Positions 12,620 to 24,495 of a stretch of 64,000 nucleotides of DNA are shown piece by piece. Origin of the DNA: Phoronis australis (lineage: Eukaryota; Animalia; Phoronida); NCBI GenBank assembly GCA_002633005.1, contig NMRA01000196.1, positions 145,632 through 209,631 of the forward strand. The letters run 5' to 3'. Under the pieces are notes generated by a model. It was not told where the DNA came from. It ran no database searches and saw only the letters and a list, made by a program, of their open reading frames with translations. Each line of letters begins with the position of its first letter. Positions within the stretch are counted from its first letter, which is position 1. The position numbers and the translations under genes are program-made.

Positions 12620-13162
12620 TTATCGCAAAAGTTCGCAAAACAGGTCTTAAATATCATACAACTTTCTGGACCATTAGCTGTCACTCCAAAACAGTCCTAC
12701 AGTGAGGCTCTGTTGGATAGATTCTTCGTAGATAATGTCACTTCCGAACAAGAAGTGCTTCTTCGACACCATTTTTGGGAAAACTTACTAGCAAACCCCA
12801 TTCTGGAGGTACATATTAAACGAATGTTCGGAGAGATGCTATACCATTTTGGATGCATAAAGCAACCGCAGAATACTGAAAATCTGGGCACACTGAAAGC
12901 TTTTGTGGTGCTGGAAAAAGAGCCACCTGATGTAGCAAATGTTGTAGATGCAGTAAGAACAGAAAGACACCTAGGCGGCTTGGAGTCGATAGAGATATGC
13001 ACGTTTACCTGGCAGATTTTGTGTGGTCAGGATTGTAAGCCACCAGCACATGTTGTCCTTGGTAAGATGTACGAGATGGTAAGCGAAAAGCAATCACTTC
13101 CTTACCATTTTTGTGACTGTGCAAAATCTTGTGTGCACAAAAGTCACACACTCAACGAATAA
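12620..13162 (+). other. Unassigned ~180-codon open frame (possible exon or TE protein remnant)
   Basis: Preceded by a pyrimidine tract and CAG (12617-12619); protein-like composition; no family recognised and no ATG start. Confidence 0.3.
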
Positions 13163-13928
13163 CTAGGTAAACCACAGCGTTTGTACACACCCCGGCCAAC
13201 CCGCGATCGAGAACGCCCGGAAGGCTATCGAGAACTAGACCTTCCACCAAAAATGGCAGACGGTAGTCACGTACCCGGTGAGTTTGTCATTTTCTGCTTA
13301 AATAGAGGCCATTTGGTACGAATGTTACACACAGAAAAGCGTCAGATCGGTGTAACCTAATACTAGGCTTTTGCATATTTTTAAAATAAAGAGCTCAGAC
13401 AGTAATGGCTTTCGGTAAAATGCATTGTGCCTCGTAAAATCGAAAATTTCTATTTGTTGTTAGCAATTCCAGGGTTCTTAAGAAGAGACGTGTCACGTTT
13501 ATAGTTTAATCGTCCCTGGTGACACCTTTGTTAGTTATGATTTGTGAAACAATTTGAGATATTTACCAATACAAGCAGGTCCTTGTGTGAGACGGCGATC
13601 GGGAACGAAGTCGTTTCGTTAATTCTCTATGGCGAGAGTGAACGCAAAAAAGCGATCGTGAACGTACATTTTTCCCCTGCATTGGCCTGAATTGTCTTTT
13701 AATCAACGGTAATATGTCAATAATTTTAGAACAATACGGAGCCTGAATTAGTTGATGGGTTAAATGACATTCCATCGTTTTTTATTATTTCTAAGTGAGA
13801 ATTAGTCTAACAAACATAACTGAATGCGTTTGATTTTTTTCAGTTGAACTGTAGCCACACGACGAGTCCTTCAGGGTGTTAACGCCTTCGCCTTCAAAAA
13901 GAGTAGTACAACTGCTGCATGTCACAAT

Positions 13929-15653
13929 TAGGCCATAGTCTATTGGACTCTAGGAAGCCTAGAAAGTCATTTCTGTGGCCACTTTTTAGGGGAAAGATAA
14001 TTTTGGTGTTTTTAAGGTCATTAAGTACCATACTTTAAGAATCTAAAAAGTTCCCATGGTTTGACTCGCACGTTTTCTATTTTTACATTTCTCAAAATTC
14101 CAAGCATTGCGCATTTTACATGAAAGAGTCTCAAAATAGGCTTAGAAATTCATAAAAAACAGTGCTTGTCACTCACATGTAGGTAAAAACTATTGCCAGT
14201 ACATTTGAGAGTGAGACCACTATTACTAGAAATTTATTAAGCAAAATATTTTTTGTAGTGTGACCTAAACTACACATTATTTACCATAAATGACACCTTT
14301 TCAAATTTAGAATAGGTAGGCCTATTTACAATTGAATGTTTGGAATTGGGATAGGTTTTCAACTTTTCTTTTGTTTGTGAAGTTCCCGTGTGATGAAATT
14401 TGATTTGTGGAAAATGGTTCATTGTGGTGGCAAGACATATACGGTTTATTTCTTTGAGTACTGTTAAATGTACATGTACATGTAACCGACAGTGACAATC
14501 TCCTTAATTTTCTAGTCCGCAATATTATTTCCATCACCAGCTTGGTCTCTTTTTCTTTTTTAAGAGCTCTTTCAATCTTTGTTACATCTGTTAAGTGTAT
14601 GTAACACTGCTTGTGATAAAAGCATGCGCGCAACAAGCCTAAAAATGGGGGGCTCGAATTTTTGAGAATGTGTACATTTATAAAGATTCGCGGGGTACTT
14701 CAGAGCTAAAAATTATGCGTTCGCTGAATTTTGTTAGTTCCTGCCTTTTTAGTGAACTTTTGTCTCGTTTTCTACTGTTTCGGAGTTTTTGTTTCTCCGA
14801 GGCTGACATTTTCACTTTACCAAATGGGGGAGGCTCTTTCAAGCCACAGAGCCCCTCACCCCTGGGTGTGCGCATGACAAGAGCTCTGTTTTTTTCCCAA
14901 AAACTTCAAAACTTATCAGCAATGATACTTCTCTTGCACTCAATGTTCATACGTTTGTTTGCAGTAGCCTTGCACAAGGTAATATCTGAAAATTCCAGCT
15001 TAAAAACCTGACACATGAATGCTTCAAGGGGTAGACATCTTGCAGTCTATTGTGAAGCCGAGCACTCGTTCAATAATTCATGGTTTCAGCAGAGTCTTAG
15101 CTGTCCCAAAACTGCTCTTTGCGAAACAGGAATGTGCCAAGAGTTGTTTCAACTTTCAGTCCGATGACACTCGTGGCCACTTGATTTGGTTTTCCACAAT
15201 TCCTAACTGCTGTCAGCTGGTTTTTGAGCCTTGGTCCTTGGTAATTGCCTATTACTTGCACACCCATCCAAGAATTGATACTATCCAATGTAGTCAGTAG
15301 CAGTAAACAAGTTAACTAAGCCAGCAGGATAACATCAGCCGACTGTCCTCTAATGAATGTTTTCATGCCAAGCAGACGACTTTTGAAGGGGAAAAGTATG
15401 GACACAACATTTTTCTGAAAGTTGATTGGTTGTGTGAAACATTTTGCACTGACACCCGTTGGCTAACACATTAATTGAGGTTATATTTTTCCAACTTTTA
15501 AATTGAAATTCTAACTAAGCGTGCTAGTGTATTCTTGGGAACTTCTTTGAAATTGACTTTTGAACATCTGTAGATGGGTTTAATGCAAAGTTCCCGTTGC
15601 CCCCAGAAAGTGGCCACAGAGGTGAAAGATAGGAGAGCTGGGACTATGGCCAA
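13929..15653 (-). mobile_element. Academ non-autonomous copy
   Basis: Termini TAGGCCATAGTC...GACTATGGCC(A)A, subterminal CTGTGGCCACTTT inverted repeats, flanks AAT/AAC (3-bp TSD, one mismatch); homologous to 1-4112. Confidence 0.75.
14623..14876. mobile_element. CATG-terminus MITE nested in Academ
   Basis: CATGCGCGCA...TGTGCGCATG; flanks AAAAG/ACAAG; internal homology to 794-949 and 10840-11070. Confidence 0.7.
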
Positions 15654-18600
15654 AACGGAGTATGTGTGTGTGTTGTGGAGCCTCGTTCAGGAACTAAGAA
15701 ATCGACTTAGTATGACCGCATGGCAATTTAATACAGTGACTCTACAACAAAGCAAGACCTTTACCAGCCCTGTGACTGACGCGTTGCATGCTTCAAGAGT
15801 TTTTTCACCAATTTATTAAAACACAGCATGAAGCATCGTGCTCTGGAACCAGGTCGATTCAGTGTCCTACATGTATCTGTGACCAACGTTGCACGGAAAG
15901 AGTGAGCCTGATATGAGGCGACACTGCGTCACAGCACGAGGACACTCCTTTTTGGGGTGAATATGGCATGCAATGCAAACAGTATGCCCCCTTCTACAGG
16001 CATAGCAAGCAGAAACGTCATGAATGAAATCATTAAGTCCAGTGCTGAAGGTTGTTAAGTCATTTTAGTTTTTTCAGATTTACAAAGTCTGTGGTTGGTA
16101 GTTGTCTGATCTGATAATATTTTGGCGTTTTGTTTTGAACCTTTTTTACTCAAGTTTCTTTCTATATTTGTGTTATTTCAAAAAGATCTTTAACAGAACC
16201 AGTACATTTTTGTAGGGTTTAGGTAGATTTAAATGGCCATACTAAGTGTCATTGGGTAATACTTACATGTACATACAATTGTTCTAACCAATAAGTATTT
16301 TAAATGAAAATATATGTCTGTGATTATTGTAGAAATTGCTTTTATATTGTTGTTGATTTCCTGTGAGAGACTGTTATACTATCAATCAGTCTTAAATACA
16401 TGTACATAGTTTATGATTCAGTGATGATTTAGTCTAATACATTCCAAAAGTAATTCGTTGGAAATGTTCAATGGATTTGTTTTGTCGATTTCCCTATAAA
16501 TAAATCTATATATTTTTGTAAGACCAATTTTGAAGTGCGTGTGATAAAAGATTAATATTATAACAGAAATGCTATATTATTGTTGATTTCCTGTATAAAT
16601 CACTACATGGTATAGTTGAAGTGACGTTAATGACAACATGTTGTCAATCTTTTTCAACGTCACATTAAACTCGAGATCATGAACTGATGATGCGGGTGAA
16701 CTTAAGACCAATACTACAGAACAAAAGAGTCAAACGCAACGTACATTCAAGCCACACGGTGCCACAAGTCAATCTGTTCATCTCTGTATCGATGTTATCA
16801 GTAAAACATCAAGTAAAACCCCACCCGTTTTATCAGCACATCAGTTTACACAACTTCTGGCCAATTTTTGATCCCAGACGTTAAATGAGTGGGAATCTTT
16901 GAATCATCTCGTTAAGTGTTTACCGCACTCCCCTCTCTCCCCATGGACAAGCTCATCATCATTCTTTGACTTCACTGCCTGGCTATTTTTTTTCCTTTTG
17001 CTGTCGCAATTCCACAACAAGATTCTACACTCGCTTTCATCTCGGTGCTGCAACAATTTGTTTACCAATGGCTGACAGGCCACATGGAACAACTGCTGGG
17101 TGAGTCTTCAGTTTAGAAACCCTTGTTCTCAGTGGTTTGGTCTAAAAGTAGATGCCTGGCCTGTACTTTTCAAAACCCTGGTCGAGTGTACCTTCACATC
17201 GTGGGTAACATGTTCGTTAAAGCTCGCCTCACATCAACAATGAACTTGTTTCCTGAAATGAGAATAAATTCGTTTGTGAAACTAAAATTATGCATGATGC
17301 ACATGTAGTGCTCATGGCAATTTAATGGAAAAATGCTAGGTTGTTGTTCAATTTGATATGAAAGTAACGCAGTAACGACAAAATGTGATTAATTCATTGC
17401 ACCACACTTATTTTGTAACCTTTTCCCCGTTTTTTAAGTAAAAAGTTCATTGTTCGACACACCACAATGCGTTCCCGATCGCATAAACAAACAGAAATTT
17501 GCCTTCCCGATCGCTTATCGTTGCGTTCTCGATCGCATCTTTCAACAAAAAAGCGTCGAAAAATCAGAGATCTTGACAAAACTACAAGAACAAGCGTTGC
17601 GTTATATTTTCACACGTCATTTCTTCATAACTCCATGGTCAATTTATTGATTTAGTGCCAAAAATAACGGCAATTTGCCAAAATGATATACAAGTCACCT
17701 TCGGCTTAGCGATGCCTCGGTCAAAGTAACTTTTCTCCTATAATTGGGAGAGGCGCTAGCCTAAACCTCTACCTGCCCTTCCTAAATGTGTTACGCCTTG
17801 AAGTCATGTCTCTCTCTGTTTTCACATTGGAAGTAAAAGCAACGGAAATTCATCAAGTTTACTCACCTTGCCTGGCTTCGCTTTTCGCGTCAAATTTCGT
17901 TCTCGCTCGCTTTCCGGTCGTTCTCGATCGCGGGTTGGCCGGGGAGGTACACAAACGCGCTGGTGAACCCATACTCGAAACCCTAAAACTTTGTGACGAA
18001 AAAGTTTGAACAGGGTTTGTGAAGAAGGGATAGAACAAGTGTTTCTCGATCTCTGGTCCCATCCTAACCACGTGACTGATTTATCTCTTGCTGACAGATA
18101 CAGTGGGACAGCGTTACAACAAAACCTGTTGATAACGTTCATTCGGTTATAACGTACAAATATGCAAGTCCCAACTTTTCTCTAGTACATAGACACCTTT
18201 TCTTTCAACGAAACCGGATTCATCGTTCACGTACCAGCTGCTATATCCCAGTGGGCATCTGTAAAAGATCGACCGTGGTCTCAACTGATCAGAAAGTGTC
18301 ACTTTTTGGCAATCTGAGACATTTGAACTCAGACCAAATCATGGCAGTAATTGATCTAGATTAAGCATTCGCTTCCTTGACGGTTTTATTGGTTTCTCGG
18401 CCACACGTGTGATTACTTCATATGTCATCAATACAAATAACAGTTTCCTCCCCAAGTTTAGTGTTACAAACTAAAAAATACAATGTAAAGAATATAATGT
18501 ATAGAATATAATGTAAAGAATACAATGGTGATCAGATCAACAAATTTCGTTACCAATGATCAAATTTCTTGAATACAGACCTTCGTAAAATACGAATGTT

Positions 18601-18656
18601 TTTGCTTGTTTTGATAAAAGCACGATTTTCCCAAGGACTGAAATCTGCGTCACTTA

Positions 18657-18897
18657 AAAAAAAAACAATTGCAGGCGGTCTGATACACGTTGTATCAGAC
18701 GTGCGCAGGCCTCGCATGTGGGCCCATTGCACTGATCACCTGGAAATATTTTTGTGCTTTATTGATATATGGTTAAAACCGAGCTGAGGAGCTAGAAACC
18801 TGGCTCAAGGGTTTAGCAGTGTGACCTGGTGGGACTTGAACCCATGACCTCGAGTAAAGAAAGCGGGCACTTATCAACCAGGCCACACTGCCTCGCC
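18657..18897 (-). mobile_element. tRNA-derived SINE, copy 1
   Basis: Minus strand starts GGCGAGGCAGTG, with A-box TGGCCTGGTTG, B-box GGTTCAAGTCC, body and a T-run tail. Confidence 0.7.
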
Positions 18898-19704
18898 TTT
18901 TTTGATTTCTGACGGGCCTTTTCTCAGAGTGAAAGTATTTTTAACGGATTATTAAGTGCTAAACGTGGCACTTTTCTTCATTTTAAATCAGGTTTCTACG
19001 GTACCTCGAATATCCAACAGTATTCTGTAGTTGAAATGTTTGGGGGTTTCTGCGTCACTTACACAGACATGACTTTGGCTCACGAAATTTATACAGACTG
19101 CCACTTTATCTACAATTTTTATTAAGTGTACTAGACGGACGATTTGACAGTAGTGAAGAATTTCAGACTTCTCTGGAGACATTCAAAATTTCAGCAAATC
19201 CTTACGTAAATGTACCAATCCTCTTCGTCGACCAAAATTGTACTGTATTGCATTTTTAAGACTGCATCTTTAGTTACGAAGTGTGTATGCTTAAAGGTGT
19301 CCGCGTGTTTAACGAGGTTTCATTTACCTGCTATTTACATTTTTGAATAATTATGTGACCAAGTCTTTCCTGCTTCTTAACTGCACGGCTTGAAAGTCTA
19401 GAATGACATTATTCTGTCACCGTGGGCTCTGACTGAATTTGTTCCAGATAGCAATGTCAAATGAGTTCCGGGTATATTGATGATACTAATCACCAATGAA
19501 ACATTTTATCGTTTTTTTGTGATATTTTTATTGATATACATTTTGGGAATTTCTACCGGCGCTCAACCGGAACAAAATTTCAACAGCCCAACACCGAGTG
19601 TTTTTCAATTACAAACTATTTTGGTGTCATTTATCACATCGAATTGTTTTTGTCGTCCCTCGAATGCTAGCCTAATTTTGGGCGTCTTTTTTAATAATTG
19701 AAAT

Positions 19705-19935
19705 AATTGCAGCCGGTCTGACACACGTTGTACCAGACATGCGCAGGCCTCACATGTGGGCCCATTGCACTGATCACCTGGAAATATTTTTATGCTTTAT
19801 TAATATATGGTTAAAACCGAGCTGAAGAGCTAGAAACCTGGCTCCAGGGTTTAGCCTTGTGACCTGGTGGGACTTGAACCCACGACCTCGAGTAAAGAAA
19901 GCGGGCACTTATCAACCAGGCCACACTGCCTCGCC
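19705..19935 (-). mobile_element. tRNA-derived SINE, copy 2
   Basis: Same sequence as copy 1 at offset +1038, with about a dozen substitutions. Confidence 0.7.
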
Positions 19936-20501
19936 TTTTTTGATTTCTGACGGACCTTTTCTCAGAGTGAAAGTATTTTTAACGGATTATTAAGTGCTAA
20001 ACGTGGCACTTTTCTTCATTTTAAATCAGGTTTCTACGGTACCTCGAATATCCAACAGTATTCTGTAGTTGAAATGTTTGGGGGTTTCTGGAGGATTAAC
20101 GCCAGAGTGTACATTCACATGTATTTCGTCTGTAACAGGCTATCTAGTAATCAGTGGCATTTACTGAATAATATGGAATTGTTTTTTTGTTGCCTTGAAT
20201 GTTTGAGTTTTTTGAAGGGACCTTTTCAGAGTGCAATTTGTCTTATTTGGGTCATTCTGTATTCAGTGCGGCATGATACATGTAGTTAATTTTAAATCAG
20301 TTCTGACAGGTACACTGAAAAACAGATCTACAGATCGAATCTCGACGTTGGCCCCTGAGGATGGTCCCACTCGTCACACCCATAATGCACAGACCGACAG
20401 ACATTCAATACTGGATATGCCTGTAGCCAAATGTTGGTATGCTAAGTGGTTTACGCTTCCGGTCTTTATCTTTGACCGACATTATTTCAGATTTTAACTA
20501 C

Positions 20502-20894
20502 TAGTCCACGAGAGCACCAACCATGAGCGGCAAGGTGGGGGTCAGCCGATTTTCACCAAATTTGGCACATATGTAGTCCTATGGGATCTATAAACAGCGG
20601 TAAAATATTTCCTCAAAATATTATGTTTTTCTANCAGAAACAATTCTGTTTGAAACAGAAACTGGAGTAGAAAATATGGTCAAAAATGACTCACTCCACA
20701 CCAAGAAATTGCCTCATTTTGCCCCCAAGAACACTTCCCTTGTATCTCCTAAACCACCAAACTTTGTGGTGTCATACTTCACCCAATTTCTCTCATTCCT
20801 AATGTGATTGATCAGACTAAACATAGATCTGAATGACTGACCCCCCACCTTGCCTCTTGTTGGCTGTACAGTGGTCGGTGGATCCGTGGACTGA
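20502..20894. mobile_element. Academ-like MITE
   Basis: TAGTCCACG...CGTGGACT(G)A termini, internal IR GGCAAGGTGGGGGTCAG / CTGACCCCCCACCTTGCC, and a 3-bp TSD TAC. Confidence 0.65.
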
Positions 20895-21691
20895 TACTTA
20901 ACTTCCTTTGATAGGCAAGTCAAATGTCTACTATGCCGTGTAAGAGTCTTTCACGCATTACTTCAGCATATCGTGCGGCACGGGATGCCTGGGTGCCAAG
21001 CGTGCAGTTTTAAGCAATCATTATCTAGAATACCTGCCGAATACCAAGCCTACCTATGTACAGTGTACAAAAGTTTTTGCAGTTTAACCCACGTCTCTGA
21101 AAGGAGAGGTGGATACTGTGGGTTACGCTGCACTTTACTTTCACCAATTTAGAACGCAGGAAGAATTTGGTCAATCGAAAGGTGTCGCTAAAATATGATC
21201 ACTTCATAACTTTCAGCCATGATTGTGCTTACCATATTCTATTATTATTTTGTATTTTTATAAAGTGTGCGGGGATTCCACGGAACCATCAATACATGCG
21301 GCGGCAGGTGACTGGGTAACACTGCTGACAATCACTACGGCGGCCATTTTATGTGGTGGTGCACCACCAAAAATAAAATTAAACTAAGCATTCATATTAA
21401 GTTCAGTGAAATAGAAAAATATTTATTGTTGCGATCGAGTTTTATTTAAGCATATGTTTCGGCTGAACGAAAATGTGTTCAAACCCGTTTAACGAAGATT
21501 TTTTTAAGTGAAGAGGCAATAATGTGTATAAAATATTAGGCGTTTTCCCTCGTTCTATCGCCATTTCTCAAAGATAGGCAGGTCAGCACGTAAGTCAGCA
21601 CAGAAATGTTGCTTGTTTTTTTCTGCCCTAGTTCTTCCATCGCTGCTCTGAGATGAATAAGGAGGTCGGAAACTACAGTACATGTATATTA

Positions 21692-21868
21692 CATTTTCAA
21701 TCTTTCTTGTGTAGGCGCACACATTTTCTATGTTTTATTGTGTAAGGGCAATATTTTCCATGTTTTATTGTGTAGTCGTGCTCATTTTCCGTCTTTTATT
21801 GTGTAGGGGAACTCATTTTCAGGGTGTAGACGCATTCATTTTCCATTTTTTATTGTGCGAGCGCATTT
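21692..21868. repeat. Degenerate minisatellite, ~30-bp unit, about 6 copies
   Basis: CATTTTC..T.TTTTATTGTGTAG recurring. Confidence 0.75.
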
Positions 21869-22966
21869 ATTCTCGACGCAACAACAATTTGGAATTTCCA
21901 ACTGGAAAAATACATTTTCAAATATGAAATAACTAAATTTTGCGTAGTACATGAATTTTACAGCCTATCAAGCCACGGAGACAAACTTAATTTTAATTTA
22001 ATTACGCCTGTACTCTTTTTTTTTCAACGTTTCATTGTCGCAGTGTAGTCATTCAATTTTTTAAACAATATGTATTTGTGTAATTCAAAATGTTTCATTC
22101 GAGAACAAACAAAGTGTTATAGATGTAAGTTGCGCACATAATTATTTTGTACGAAGGAAAGCGTAAATTCGGCCCCATCAGATTGTAAACCCTATGATCG
22201 TTGACTTAGGGAACTAGTCCCAATTGACGTTGATCGCACGTAACATTGCTTGTAGAAGCAAAATATATACAGAAGAAATGAATGAGAAGATTCGATATTC
22301 TGATTAAAATTGGTAGGACACCACCGCTTCCTTGTTTTCTTGCTCTTCGGTATTGTTGAACTTTTTAAAGTTAAAACTGCTCGTATTACACGGTAGTTAA
22401 CTGGGACAAGTCTACCGAGTTTTCAGTTTCTAATGGATGTGACGCTGTTGAACAGTTATCCGGGACGTGTGTGGATAAGGCGTGGCGTTCTACACAAAGA
22501 TTATCATTATTTTAAAGTGCTTATCGGCTTCAATTTGCCCAACATACATTGTACTTCCTGGATCTCTTGAAAAAGTGGAAAGGAATGCTTTAGGACTCTT
22601 GACATTGTTGCAAAGTGTGTAACAGTATGCTGGGAGGTGGAGCATTGTTATGTTCATACAGAAAAGAGCCGTCAGGCTCGTGCCGACTTTCTACGGCCAC
22701 GAAACCATTCAACCCTGAACACTCTCCAGTCCCGGACCTGCAAGAATTAAGACTTCGAAACAAATGTACCCTGTACTGTATGTCCTGCGTCGAAACTCCG
22801 CACAGTCACGCTGTCAGACATTCTTTGCTTCGGGTTATGACATCACGGGAGGGAATGAACATTCTTCAGCCCATCCTGAATTTAAACTCTAAGAATGGCA
22901 CCATGAGAAGGCCAGAAAATGACACTGTTTGATATAAAAATAATAAAACGCACATAACACAGGCTT

Positions 22967-24150
22967 TTTATTTCCTCGCAAACAAAATGGGCATCAACAT
23001 AAAACATTGAATAATAAAATTCAGACTCTCAAAATCCAGAAAAAGACGATGAACACCTTCTCATTTGAAGTGAGCTTTTCTCAAATAAATGAGCTTCGAA
23101 AGATGGACTTAAATTGAATACTTAATATGCTATTGCCCAGACAACACCACACTTGCAAATTCATTAATCGGTCTATCCTATATATATAGAGGATATACCA
23201 CTCAAAAGAATAATATCAGTGGTATGTCCTATATATATATAGGATACGCTGACGTAAAACAATCAGTAAACCGGGAAATAAAGTTGAAACCCTTAAAACA
23301 TAAAATTGGCATCGTGCAGTGAATTTAATCCATTCTTATTGAGATTGACTTGCAACCACTCAGTTGATTAGTCGTGGCTGTTAAAGGACCCAGGTAAATT
23401 TGACATTTTGGCCACAGTTGCCACTGTTTAGGCGGTTGTAACGGAAAACGTAATTTGGTGAACCCCAATTCGCTTTGTAGATTCGCTGAAGTCAAAATCG
23501 ACATACATGTACAAACTATCAAAATTTTCAACGACAAATAAAATGTAACCCCTATTGTTATTTTTGATTATATAAGTAAGTGAAGGGATCAAGAATCAAT
23601 TGAATTAAAGCTGCATTTTGTCCCAGTTCAGCTGCCGACGTTTTGAATTGTTAACCGAAACGCTTCGGGGTTTAAAAACAATGCCGCACTCATTAATCTA
23701 GAGCTGTGTGAAGTACATGTATGCCGGCAACCGAAACCGCAAGCAATGCTTACATGCGCAATTTTCAAATCCGCAATGTAAGAGTTTGTCAAATCCAAGA
23801 AACTCTTGATCGTCGCAAATAACAGAAACAAATCCAGAACCATATCATAACAAGAAATATAATGAGAGTGATTTCAATGAGATTAAAACGTCGAATTTGG
23901 TATTCGTTTTTAGCCAAGTAACCGGGGCGAAATATAGCTTTACTAAATTAAAACCAAGACATAGAAGCAAGTTAAACAAGTTTTATAGAAAACATCATGG
24001 TCCTATTTCGAAATAAATAGTAAAAATGTGTAAACCTGATGAGATCACTGGTTGCTACACAAACGAACCTAAAGGAAAAAATAAATAATCATCTACTGTA
24101 CAGAATATATTGCGAAACAGGTTGTTGGCCACTATTTGACTCCCTAACGG
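22967..24150 (-). promoter_or_regulatory. Putative 3' UTR of the secreted cytokine-like gene, with AU-rich elements and poly(A) signal
   Basis: TTATTTATT nonamer at 24080-24088, TATTTATT at 24012-24019, ATTTATT at 23084-23090 and AATAAA at 22967-22972 (all minus strand). Confidence 0.5.
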
Positions 24151-24495
24151 TTAATGTAAGCCAACCGATTGGTTCAAAACGCAGTAACAGCGAAAGACTT
24201 CTTTGAACTCGTATAAAAAGTTGGCAAATTCGTCTAGTAATTTAGCGAAACAGAAATCATGGTAATTTCTTGTAACAGAGACCACTGCATATGTACTTTG
24301 CGGAAACGGTCGCTCATGAGCGCTTAGTGCTAGCTGAATACGGCATAACAGCGAAACGCCCACTCTCGATTCCAATGCTTGCTTCACCCGACGAAAGGTG
24401 TCACTGTTGTAGTCTGGTTCGCGCATCATTGCCGAGTCCATCCGACGGGCAAAATTAACTAAAATTTGGGTGGTCCCTTCCAGCGCTGACACCCG
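24151..24495 (-). CDS. Secreted Unpaired/IL-6-like helical cytokine candidate, coding exon 4 (last)
   Basis: Acceptor TCTCTTTTCTTTTAG|CGG, phase 0. RVSALEGTTQILVNFARRMDSAMM...VSLLCRIQLAL...RNYHDFCFAKLLDEFANFLYEFKEVFRCYC...GLH*; amphipathic helices. Confidence 0.85.
   Translation of the reverse strand, partial: RVSALEGTTQILVNFARRMDSAMMREPDYNSDTFRRVKQALESRVGVSLLCRIQLALSAHERPFPQSTYAVVSVTRNYHDFCFAKLLDEFANFLYEFKEVFRCYCVLNQSVGLH

Noticed and set aside
18820-18897. Genuine tRNA genes at 18820-18897, 19858-19935 and 2941-3002
   Set aside because: A and B boxes are present but acceptor and anticodon stems are not intact; the first two continue into SINE bodies.
21692-21868. CRISPR-like array
   Set aside because: Degenerate contiguous tandem units with no unique spacers, no cas genes, and a eukaryotic context.
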